Positions 30,785-40,449 of a DNA stretch of 64,000 bases are shown in pieces (the first letter of the stretch is position 1; every line of letters begins with the position of its first letter). The notes below the pieces were generated by a model. It ran no database searches. It worked only from the letters and a program-made list of their open reading frames with translations, and had not been told where the DNA came from. Made by a program: the position numbers and the translations under genes. Origin of the DNA: Hyaloraphidium curvatum SAG 235-1 (Eukaryota > Fungi > Monoblepharomycota); NCBI GenBank assembly GCA_025558095.1, contig JAIVFI010000001.1:1240001-1304000 (forward strand). Reading direction: 5' to 3'.

Positions 30785-31773
30785 CTACATTCTTGCGCTT
30801 GCCGGCGTCAGGTCCTTGAGCTGCAGCGGCGGCTTCTTGCCCAGGTACTGGACCTCGATCCCGCGCTCGGGCGTGATCCGGATGGCCTGGCCGGCGATCG
30901 TCTCATCCTGGATGGCGTGGATGAAGGCGTCGATGACCTGCTCGGGGTGGATCTGCGGTGCCACGCGGCCGTCCCTGCCCACGGTGACCTGGACTCTTGA
31001 CGTCAAGCGCGAATGGGGCTCGTTTGGGGCTCGACCCACCTTCTCGGTGACCTCGCTGACGGGCCCGACCCTCGAAATCTTCTGGATGTTCGTAGGGGAG
31101 TAGCTGGGGCACACAGCGTTCACGCGGATTCCGTAAGAGGGCTCGAGGAAGGCGAGGCAGCGCGTGAAGTGCACGACGAAAGCCTTGGCGGCGGCGTACA
31201 CCGGCCCACTGGACGATCGAGAGTTGTCATCCGCGTGCGCCCCACAAGGTGTTTGACTTACCGGCCCTGAGGGTAGAGGCCGGCGAGGGACGCGGTCGAC
31301 ACCACCACGCCCTTCTTCTTGGCCTTGACGAAGTGATCGATTGCCAGGCGGGCACCGAGCACGACGGGCTTGATATTGACGTTCAACTGCGACTGCCAGT
31401 CGTCCGTGTCGTCCGCGTAGTAGTCGGTCCTTGAACGCACGTCAACAGGAGCTCATCGAGCCACCTGGCAACGACCAACGCACCTCTCGGGAATCCCGGC
31501 GTTCGAGACAAGAACATCGAAATCACCGAAGCGCTCAATGGCGAGAGCAAACAGCGCCTTGATGTCCTCGTTGCTGCTCACGTCTGTGCGCTTGAAGACC
31601 GCGATCGGGCCGTGTTTGGCCTTGATCTCGTCCGCGACGCGGGTGCCCTCCTTCTCGTTCATGTCCGCGAGCACGAGCTTCGCGCCCATCGGAGCCAGGC
31701 GCTTGGCGAGGCGTTCCCCGAAACCGGAGCCGGACCCGGTGATGACCACGACCTTGTTCTTCACGTCGTACAT
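30785..31773 (-). CDS. short-chain dehydrogenase/reductase (15-hydroxyprostaglandin dehydrogenase-like)
   Basis: TGSGSGFG, SNAG, catalytic YAAAK and IRVNAVCP; multi-exon. Confidence 0.9.
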
Positions 31774-31934
31774 CGTTGCGTGTCCCGTGGAATCAGATGT
31801 CTCCAAAAATCAAGTCGCTGCGGCAATGCGCTAGGCAGCGACGCGAAGGGAATGTGGGAGTCCTGCCTCCCACGGATTGTCGGCGGCGGGCGGCGGGAGA
31901 CGCGCCGCCACCCAAACACTCCCCCCCCGTGAAG

Positions 31935-33453
31935 ATGCCGCGTCTACGGCAGATTGCCCTCGTTGCGAGGGACCTGGAGCGCAGTCTTCACGATTTGGTC
32001 CACGGTCTCGGCTTGGAGCTCGCGTATCGGGACCCTTCCGTTGGTGAGTATCGGGGTCTCTCTCGGCCGGAGCCGCACGTCCGCCTTCGGAGGGCGGGGC
32101 AACTCAAAGATTCCGCGAGGGTCCGTCGACCTCGCAAGAGAACCGAGGTCGGCGAACACCGGCGGCGACCGGGCTACGAGCAGACCACAAAGAGGAACGT
32201 ACCTGGGGGTTCACGGCGTCGGGCCAGCCGTTGAATTTGCCGGGAGCCGCTATGGTTGCGGGTCGTGCGTGCCGGGCGGAATCGGTGCGGGAGAGGCCGA
32301 GGACGTCAACAAAGTTCAGAGAAGGGCCAGATCTGCCCGGCCGCGGCCAGGGATGGTGCTCGTTGAACCCTGCTGCATGGAACCATGGGGCGCCCGCGAC
32401 ATCTGCTGGACTCGCACAGCTTTCATTCCTGATCCTTTCTCTTCACAACAGCCGAGTTTGGCCTCGAGAATGGCGTGATGGCTGCCGGGCATGAGGTATC
32501 ACCATCTTCTCTTGTCCTCTCCGCTGCGGATTCTCATAAGGTGTGCCACAGTTCATCGAAGTCGTTGCCCCGCAGCTGGGCAGGCTCGACACCACGGGCG
32601 CACGCTTCCTGGCAAAGAAAGGCAACATTGCGGCGGGATATATGCTCATCGTCCAGTCAAAAGATGCGCGGGCGGACGCGGAGCACATGAAAAAGAGCGG
32701 AGCGCGGATCGCTTTCGGGACCGAGAAGGATCCGAACGCACCTTACCAGATGGTGGGCAGATTTGGCGGTCTTGTGCATCATCTCCTCATTTCAATGGTT
32801 CTCTGCAGTTCCACATGCACCCCGCGGACTGGTCGGGGACCGGCGTGCTCCCATCCATCGATTCCGCCAACGTGCCTGGCGCAAGTGATCCTGATTCGGA
32901 TCCGAAAGCGTTCTGGGTCGCTGCGCACGCCCCGCCGTTCCCGCCGAAGGACGGAAAGAGCGGATGGGAACCGTATGCTCGCAGGACCGGCAAGTACCTC
33001 AAGCTCGTCGGCTGCACCCTGCAGACCGAGTCCAAGACTCCGCTGGAAGCCGCCAAGAGGTGGTCGCAGCTGTACCGTGTGCCCCTGGTCGAGTCGCACC
33101 CCGACGGCGGTGTGCCGGCCATCATCTTCTCCAACGCGGTCGTTCGTTTCGTCAAGGCGCGCGATGGTCGCGGGGATGGACTCCAGAGGTGCGACCTAGA
33201 GCTGTGCTTCTCGATTTGGTCGTCCTCTGACTTTTCGGGCCGACTTCTTCGCAACAGCATCGATCTCCTGGTCCCGAACCCTGCGGCCGCCCGCGCGCGT
33301 GCTTGCACGGTATCTGGGGCCAAGATGGGACCGGATGGCGAGGTGGAGCTCGTGGGCGTCTGGTGGCGGTTCAAGGGCGAGGACGAGGTCGATCCCAGGA
33401 TCAACAAGGCCACGGGGTGGATCGAGAGCGCGGGGAAGACGCCGAAGCTTTGA
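31935..33453 (+). CDS. glyoxalase-like (VOC superfamily) protein
   Basis: The spliced protein reads MPRLRQIALVARDL...RDPSVAEFGLENG...FIEVVAP...AGYMLIVQ...FHMHP. The first intron is 32044-32451; the protein ends in PKL. Confidence 0.8.
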
Positions 33454-33967
33454 ATGCCAATGTGTTGACTACCGCTGTGTGCCCTAATGACAAAAGGATG
33501 TGTGATCGCGAGTACCTTGGGCGGAGTTTTGGCGAGCTTTTGTTTGGCTCGCCAGCGTCTCGGAAGCAAGACCCCAAGCGAGCTCCAAATCCAGGTGCTT
33601 CAGGTGCGAAACTCGGCCTTCCAGGGGTCCCAAATGCCGGCATTTGGCCGAAGAAGCGATGCCATTGTCGCATCGGAGTCTCGTGGCCGCCGATGGCCCT
33701 TGCTGGAGACGCTGGCCCGAGCGACTCGTCGGAGTCCAACTCACAGCTTCCCTCGCCAGGGCGGTCTCTTGCGACGAGATAATACCGTGCAACGCAAGCA
33801 AAAGCTGCGCCATTGCTAGCCAGCTCCCTCAACTGCGGTTGGCAAACCGTCTACGGGTCTGAGGTGGGTCCGGTTCCGAACCGACCTTCCCTCCTGTCCT
33901 CAGCTCGCACCACTCCACCCCTCTTGCAGCTGACTGTTACTTCCAGCACCCGAGAGCAACACGAAAC

Positions 33968-35479
33968 ATGCCTACCAGCAGAAAGCTTCCGATCGTCAGC
34001 TCCACGGCCGCGGAAGCGGCCTCGACGAATGCCAACCCCGACGCTCTCGCGGCCCCGTTCTGCGAACGCCCGGTCAAGAACGTCGTCTTCATTTCCCCTC
34101 ATTTCCCCCCCCACTTCGTCAATTTTTGTCGTGCCCTTCGCGAGAAGGGCGTGAACGTCCTCGGGATCGGGGACACGCCCTTCGAGGGCCTTGAGGAGGA
34201 ACTGCGCGACAACCTGACGGATTACTCGTTTGTCCCTTCCATGTTCGACTACGAGAGCATGATGAAGGCCTGCGGCTACTTTGTCTGGAAGTACGGCCGG
34301 ATAGACCGCATCGATTCCCTGAACGAGACGTGGTTGGAGGTGGAGGCGCGGCTCCGCTCAGATTTCCGTGTTCCCGGACTGCAGCCCGACGACATTGACC
34401 GCGGAAGGTCCAAGTTCGGCATGCACAAGATCTTCAAGGACGCCGGCATCCCGCACCCGGACTGCATTCTCGTTTCGTCGGCGTCGGCTGGCCAGGTCAA
34501 GCAGTTCGCTGCCAAAGTCGGCTACCCTTTGGTGCTGAAACCAAACATCGGTGTTGGTTCTCGGGGCACGTTCAAGGTGCACAACGACCAGGAGGTGGAC
34601 AGGGCCTTTGCCGAGCAGCCGCTCGAGGACTACGTTGCACAGCCGTTCATTTCCGGCACTGTCGTCACTTGGGACGGCCTTGTGGACCGCCACGGCAAAA
34701 TTCTGTTTCACGTTTCGCACGAATATTCACACGGGTGCATGGAGGTTCTGTTGGAGAGGCAAGACATGACGATGTTCACGCTTCTGGAGACCTCACCAGT
34801 GCTGGATGACTACGGCGCCAGAGCGGTGAAGGCCCTGAACCTGCGCGAGCGATTCTTCCATCTTGAGTTTTTCAGTCTCAAGAGCGGCGACTACGTGATC
34901 CTGGAGGCCAACTTGCGCTGCCCTGGAGTCTTGATGCTGCACCAGATCAACTGGACCAACGACATCGACGTCTTCCGGGGTTGGGCGAAGTGCCTCATGG
35001 GAGAGGAGGTACCCGAGCTGGAAAAGTCGCGCCCCCGCCGCATCGTGGCCCACATTGCGCGCAGGCTGCGGGGTGCAGACGCCCGCGAGTACGCGATCGA
35101 CAACGCCCAGCTGATCTCCATGCTCGGCGAGAAGCTCATCCACTACCAGACGCTTCCTCTGATTTGGGAAGGGGGCATGGGCTCGGACGCTTTCATCACC
35201 GGGCACCAGACGTACGAGGATCTCCGGAGCACAATCGAGCTCGTCCAGGAGACCAAGGAGGACGCGAGGCGGAAGGCGTCCAGGCAGCTGAAGCGCGAGC
35301 AGACCGCCCGGGACATGGAGGTGGACAGTACGAGCCCCGTCTCTGCCACCTCAGTGTCGACGTTGACGGTCGGAAGCTGCGAGAGGCGAACGACCCGGTC
35401 GTCGTCCAAGCGGAGCATTCTCCAGGCGTTCGAGAACGAAAGCTCGTCCGAGAGCATCTCGTACCCCATCCGATCTTGA
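33968..35479 (+). CDS. bacterial-type ATP-grasp carboxylate-amine ligase family protein, intronless
   Basis: VVFISPHFPPHF, VNVLGIGD, GRIDRIDSLNETWLE, GYPLVLKPNIGVGS, FFHLEFF, LEANLRCPG. Confidence 0.88.
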   Translation: MPTSRKLPIVSSTAAEAASTNANPDALAAPFCERPVKNVVFISPHFPPHFVNFCRALREKGVNVLGIGDTPFEGLEEELRDNLTDYSFVPSMFDYESMMKACGYFVWKYGRIDRIDSLNETWLEVEARLRSDFRVPGLQPDDIDRGRSKFGMHKIFKDAGIPHPDCILVSSASAGQVKQFAAKVGYPLVLKPNIGVGSRGTFKVHNDQEVDRAFAEQPLEDYVAQPFISGTVVTWDGLVDRHGKILFHVSHEYSHGCMEVLLERQDMTMFTLLETSPVLDDYGARAVKALNLRERFFHLEFFSLKSGDYVILEANLRCPGVLMLHQINWTNDIDVFRGWAKCLMGEEVPELEKSRPRRIVAHIARRLRGADAREYAIDNAQLISMLGEKLIHYQTLPLIWEGGMGSDAFITGHQTYEDLRSTIELVQETKEDARRKASRQLKREQTARDMEVDSTSPVSATSVSTLTVGSCERRTTRSSSKRSILQAFENESSSESISYPIRS

Positions 35480-35751
35480 TTCTGTTTGCCGCGTGCAAGT
35501 CAAAACGTTGGACGTTCAAGCCAGTGGTCAGATAGAATTCACACGATGTACAAAGTCACCGGTTGTTGGAAAATGGAGATGCAGAGTTTTGTCGTCATTG
35601 CGTGGGCGAAAAGCTTGGCTGACCGATGCCTTCCGCGTCGGTCCGATTAGGTTGTTATAGTAGGGCGAGTAGATCATGTTGCCTCTGAAAAGCTTCGGAT
35701 GCCTCGCCGACACAGCCCGACTGCCACCTCATCACGGAAACACTTTCCGAA

Positions 35752-36455
35752 ATGTCGTCCCCCAACGAAGTGAGCTGCGAGGCAGGCTTACCAACGGCTG
35801 CGTCAACATTTTTGATGTCCAGGACGTGCCTGCCGGCGTTCCTGACCCGGGGAAGGGCGGGCAAAATAGCGGCGAGAACGTCGAAGACGCAATCCGCATG
35901 CCTCACGTGGACCAAGGGACAAGCTTCGTTTCCGGCATCAAGAGTGCTCTCGGCTTTGGGGGAGCTTCCAGCTCGGCGCAGAGCGCGGCTTCGGAGGGTG
36001 CGACCAAGAACGAGGAAGAGAGCAAGTTGGCTCCGATGCTCGACAAGGTGTCGGATGCCGGAGCTTCGGTCGCCGAAACGGTGAGCTGAATGATAGTGCA
36101 AGCCTCCTTGTCGCCCATTTGTACTCATCTCCTTGCTCCTCAGACCGGGCTTTCGCGGGTCGGGCAGTCGATCGCCTCCGTTGCCCAAAGCCACCCCGAC
36201 GCCGAACTGCAGCCGAAGGCAAGCGAAAAGAGGGCCATGGACAGCGTCGCAAACGTTGCCGAGCGGGCTTCGGACAGTGTCACCCCGACCAGTGTTCAGA
36301 ACCTCAAGGAGAAGCTTGGCGAAAGGCTGCACTCAATGTCGGACGCCATGATGGGAGGAGCGAGGACCGGAGCGGACGTGCCCATGCCATCGACCTCGGG
36401 CAAGGACGATCTCAATCGCCAGCAAGCCTCGTCCTACGGCGGTGGCACGAACTGA
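35752..36455 (+). CDS. hypothetical hydrophilic (LEA/hydrophilin-like) protein
   Basis: Three exons joined by two GTGAGC..CAG introns; Ser/Ala/Gly/Glu-rich sequence with amphipathic stretches. Confidence 0.55.
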
Positions 36456-36586
36456 AGGATTGTGCACGATCTTGCGAAGTAATCAGCTTAGTAGATCCAT
36501 CTTAATGGTGCTCGTGCATCGTCGTCCTCAACCGTGCTCTATGATCTCTTCCGCCCATGGTCCAGCGCTGATCACATTACCGTGTG

Positions 36587-37703
36587 CTAGAACACCACGT
36601 TCCGCCGCAGCAGTTCGTAGGTAAGGAATATGCCACCGCTCGCGGGCATGCTGCGGAAAAGGGTAATCCCCAACCCTTTGTAGAAGCCCCGGATCCCCTC
36701 TCCCCGCCAAATCTGCCGGCCCGTGCTCCAGAAACCGTGCTTGGAACCGTTCCCGAGCAGGTCGTCCGTCTGCATTTTGCTCTTTATCGTGTCCGCGGGG
36801 AAAACGGAGCCATTGAACGCCATCCCGGCCAGTGCTCCGGCGACCATGATCTGAACAGGAGACAGATCGTCCTTGGACGATACCCGGTCCCGGGCCATCA
36901 TCCAGGCCACCACGAGCTCGTAAACGCCGAACCAGGCCACGCCCCCTCCCGCCTCCCGGATCAAAGTCCCCGTCTGTCCGCGGTACATCCCGCGGAGGCC
37001 CTCGCTCCGCAGCGTCCTCAGGAGCACGTCTACGGGCCCCTTGTACCGGGGGGCCAAAGCCCCCGGCCCCTCCGCGCCCAGCATGTCCTGAACCTGCAGT
37101 TTGCACTTGACGAGCTCCACCGGAGTGAGCACGAGAGACACCGCGGCTCCCGCCCCTGCCGCCGCAAAGGCAATCTTGGTGTTGGAAAGCGGAGAAGGCT
37201 TAGCCGCGGGATCAGGATCGTAGGTCCCGTCCAGGCGGCGGAAACCGTTCTGGATCCCGTTGTAGGCCGAAAAAAGGATCGCGTTCTCCATCATGCTGCC
37301 CAGCAGTGGGCTCAGGAGGCCCTTGTACAGGGCAAGCGGCCCCTCGGCGCCGACCGTCTTTAGGAAACAGTCCACGGTCCCCGAGTACGCTGGTCTGCCA
37401 TCGAAGGTCGGAGCGGTCTGCAGTCGGACCTTTACGGTGTCTGAATATCGCAAACATAAATGTCGGCAAGGGAAAAGAGGTCCAGGAGCGGGGGCAGGCG
37501 CGGGCGATGAGACATCTGACCTTTCCCGGCTCGAACGCAGCCAACCCACCAAAGGGAAACTCGATAACCTTGCCCGTAATGCCTGCGATGGATCCGAAAA
37601 CGAAGTCCAGGAGGGCAGAGTCCTTCGGGGCCGGGGTTTTGACTTTCGCGGCTTCCGCCGGCGGGGCGAGGGCAACGAGGGCATCGGCCTCCACGGCGGA
37701 CAT
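36587..37703 (-). CDS. mitochondrial carrier, ornithine/amino-acid transporter subfamily (Ort1/SLC25A15-like)
   Basis: Three PX[DE]XX[KR] signatures (PFDTVKVRLQ across an intron, PVELVKCKLQ, PADTIKSKMQ), plus ENAILF and IRE. Confidence 0.92.
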
Positions 37704-37939
37704 GCGGTCCGTCAAAACGGCTTCCGATGCTAAAGAAACCGCTCTCCCAAAGGGAAGATGCGGTCCCCGCGGTGTGAGAAAGACTCTGTTTGGATGCGTC
37801 TCAAAGGCTTGCGGAACGGTTCGTGCGAAAGCGGGCCTCGGCCCAGCATGCTCGTCTCTCCCGCGCCGCCTCAACTGGCACCGGAAAGAGAGTCAAATAG
37901 TTCATGATAGCTGTTACATTCCAAAGGGAGGGAGCCAGT

Positions 37940-38075
37940 TCACTTGGCGCCTCGCAGCGCCTTTGCGCACTCGACGATCGCCTTCGCGCACGCTCCGCCC
38001 CTACCGATCAGGTCACTTGCCGCCCCGCAGCGCCTCCGCGCACTCGACGACCGCCTTCGCGCACGCTCCGCCCCT
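37940..38075. repeat. 63-bp tandem duplication of the last 21 codons of the beta-lactamase-family gene
   Basis: 37940-38002 versus 38013-38075: 5 mismatches and a 10-bp spacer. Confidence 0.9.
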
Positions 38076-39422
38076 GGAGTCGCCGCCGAATAGGGGGTTC
38101 ATGCCGTTCTGCAGCCGCGTCAGCCCGATGGCCGCGATCGGCCCCCAGAACAAACTTACCATAACATAGGCCACCCCGATCTTCAGAGCGGGGTTCCACT
38201 GCAAGACAGCTCCCCCAGCTCCGTGCCACCCGTACCAGCAATACCGTTCGTCGATCGGATTCGGAAAGTCCGAGAACACGACCGGCGCCTTCTTCTGGAG
38301 CTTCCCGAACCCTCCGACGGCCATCTGCCTCCCCAGCACCACCGTCGGCGACGGCTCGAGGTCCGCGAGCGCGGCAGAGAGCGTCTCCGCGCCGACGAGG
38401 GGCGACCCGCCGAGCGACATCAGCGAGGCCAGGGAGGCCAGCGACCGCGCGTTGGACACCATGTTGTACGAGCTCGCCTCGCCGAGGAACATGTCCTTCT
38501 GCTCCTTGAACCGCGGGATGGAGGTGAGCGCCTTCAGGGTGCCCCTGTCGAAGAGTATCTGGTAGTATTCTGACGGCAGCGGGCATCCGGAGATGAAACC
38601 GGGGGTGAGCATTCGGGCGAGGAGCCGCAGGGGGTTGTACACTTTGACGGTGGCCAGCCGCGAGTGGTCAAAGTCCTCGGGGAGCCCGCAGTAAATCTCC
38701 GCGGGGCGATCGCCGCCGTCCAGGAGGGGCAGGATGTCCTCCTTCAAAATGGCGCTGCAGGAACGTCCCTTGGGATCCACCCGGCGCACGACCTCGTTGA
38801 GGAAGAAGCCGCCGACGGCCGCGCTGTATGTGGCCTTCCTCTCCCCGCCCCAGTTGTGCGGCGCCGCGGCGATCTTCTTCGCCAGCGCATCCAGATCGCG
38901 GAGCTCCTCGGGGGAGGGCCGGAACTCGGGATCGAGCCAGGACACGCCGCCGACGTGGGCTAGAACGTCCGACACAGTAACGCGGTCCTTGCTGCCGGCC
39001 GCAAACTCGGGCCAGATGTCCGCCACGCGGTCCTCGTATCTGAGCCGGCCCTCGGAAACCAACTTGGCGACGATGATGGCCATCACGGCCTTTCCGCAGG
39101 AGAAAACGGGGGCGACGGTGGTCGTGTCGAACTCTGCCGTCCTCCCCGGGTCCTTCCATCCCCCGACGAGGTCCGCCACGCACTCGCCATCGACGAACGC
39201 AGCAAAACTGGCGCCGATCTCGACCCCCTTGGCGAAATTGGCCTCGAACGCCTCGCGGACGGGCTCGTATCCGGGCTTGACCTCGCCGCGGATCGGCGCG
39301 CTGCGGGGTGCGAGGCCGAACAGTTCCGACCACGTGAGGCGTTCCCCACTCCGGAGGATCAGCACGCCCAGCGCCGCGAGGCCGGCGACAGCGGCCGCCG
39401 CGGCAACCTGGACGCGCGACAT
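38013..39422 (-). CDS. beta-lactamase-family serine hydrolase with an N-terminal membrane anchor
   Basis: SxxK motif FSCGK, then WPEFAAGSKDRVTV, LAHVGG and YGWHGAGG. Confidence 0.9.
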   Translation of the reverse strand: MSRVQVAAAAAVAGLAALGVLILRSGERLTWSELFGLAPRSAPIRGEVKPGYEPVREAFEANFAKGVEIGASFAAFVDGECVADLVGGWKDPGRTAEFDTTTVAPVFSCGKAVMAIIVAKLVSEGRLRYEDRVADIWPEFAAGSKDRVTVSDVLAHVGGVSWLDPEFRPSPEELRDLDALAKKIAAAPHNWGGERKATYSAAVGGFFLNEVVRRVDPKGRSCSAILKEDILPLLDGGDRPAEIYCGLPEDFDHSRLATVKVYNPLRLLARMLTPGFISGCPLPSEYYQILFDRGTLKALTSIPRFKEQKDMFLGEASSYNMVSNARSLASLASLMSLGGSPLVGAETLSAALADLEPSPTVVLGRQMAVGGFGKLQKKAPVVFSDFPNPIDERYCWYGWHGAGGAVLQWNPALKIGVAYVMVSLFWGPIAAIGLTRLQNGMNPLFGGDSRGGACAKAVVECAEALRGGK

Positions 39423-39503
39423 CCGCTGTTGACGCGCGCGCCGCGATCGGGGGCATCTCAGACCCGGAGATAGGGGCCCGTCAAGTGACCAGGGCCGCCC
39501 GTG

Positions 39504-40313
39504 ATGGCGCCGCGAATTGACCTGTCGGAATTGCCTGTCGAGGTGGGCATCTTGCCGTCGCCGCCGGGAACCGCCCCGGAACCGTGGGCCTGCCGCCTTT
39601 ATCACCGTCCGAACCGCGTCCCTGATCGCCTCCCGTCACCCCAGCTGATCCCGTCAATCGTCGGCCAAGTGAACAGCCGCCGCGATCTGGCCTCGCTGCA
39701 GCGCGTCTGCCGCGCCTTCTTCGCCCCCGCGACGCGCCGGCTGTACTCCCCCGCTCTCGGCCCCGTCGGCCTCGACTCGGACCGGCTGCGGCGGTTCGTG
39801 GGGGGGGACCGCGCGCCGCTGTACCGGCAGGTGCTCCGGGACTGCCGCGTGCATGTCACCCGCGTGGTCGGGGGCAAGCTGGGGATCGAGCTGCGGTTCC
39901 TGGCCGACTTCTGTGGGTCCGCTTCGAACATCGAGCGGCTCTCGGTCGAGTCGCGGACGGACTACATCAACTGCAGTCCGTTCTCGCCGCTGCCGATCGA
40001 GGAGATCGCGGGGCTGCCGCGGCTGCGGTCGCTAGAGCTGGTCTCGTGCGGGGTACCCCTGGCCGGACTGGGGCGGGCGCGGGCGGCGACGCTGGAGCAC
40101 CTGGTGCTGATCCGTTGCCTGATATCGGTCGAGGACCTGGCGGCGTGCATTGCGGTGGTGCAGAAGCTGCGGACGTTCGTGCTGCGGGACTGCAAGTTGT
40201 GGAAGCGGTCCGAGGCGGCGGTTGGGGCGCTGGCAGCGGCGCTGGACGCGCACGCGGGGACGCTCGAGGTGGTCGAGTACGAGCCGCTGCAGGTGGCCCA
40301 GGATTCGGCGTAA
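39504..40313 (+). CDS. F-box/LRR (RNI-like) protein
   Basis: LSELPVE, a probable intron, then LIPSIV...DLASLQRVCRAF, followed by LRSLELxxC, LEHLVLxxC and LRTFVLxxC repeats. Confidence 0.7.
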   Translation: MAPRIDLSELPVEVGILPSPPGTAPEPWACRLYHRPNRVPDRLPSPQLIPSIVGQVNSRRDLASLQRVCRAFFAPATRRLYSPALGPVGLDSDRLRRFVGGDRAPLYRQVLRDCRVHVTRVVGGKLGIELRFLADFCGSASNIERLSVESRTDYINCSPFSPLPIEEIAGLPRLRSLELVSCGVPLAGLGRARAATLEHLVLIRCLISVEDLAACIAVVQKLRTFVLRDCKLWKRSEAAVGALAAALDAHAGTLEVVEYEPLQVAQDSA

Positions 40314-40449
40314 TGTGTATAAATTCCCTGGAGAGCTAGGGGCTTTGAGGTCAATGATTCAAGGACTGTTTCCACGGCCCCCGCGGCCTCCCCACTCTTA
40401 GGCCGCGAATTCAGAAAACGCTTGGCCCCATGGCGGACCGCCGGCTCCC

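Noticed and set aside
32044-32451. RNase P/MRP, SRP RNA or TPP riboswitch in the long intron
   Set aside because: I could not find their conserved motifs on either strand, so it is kept only as an unexplained structured intron.
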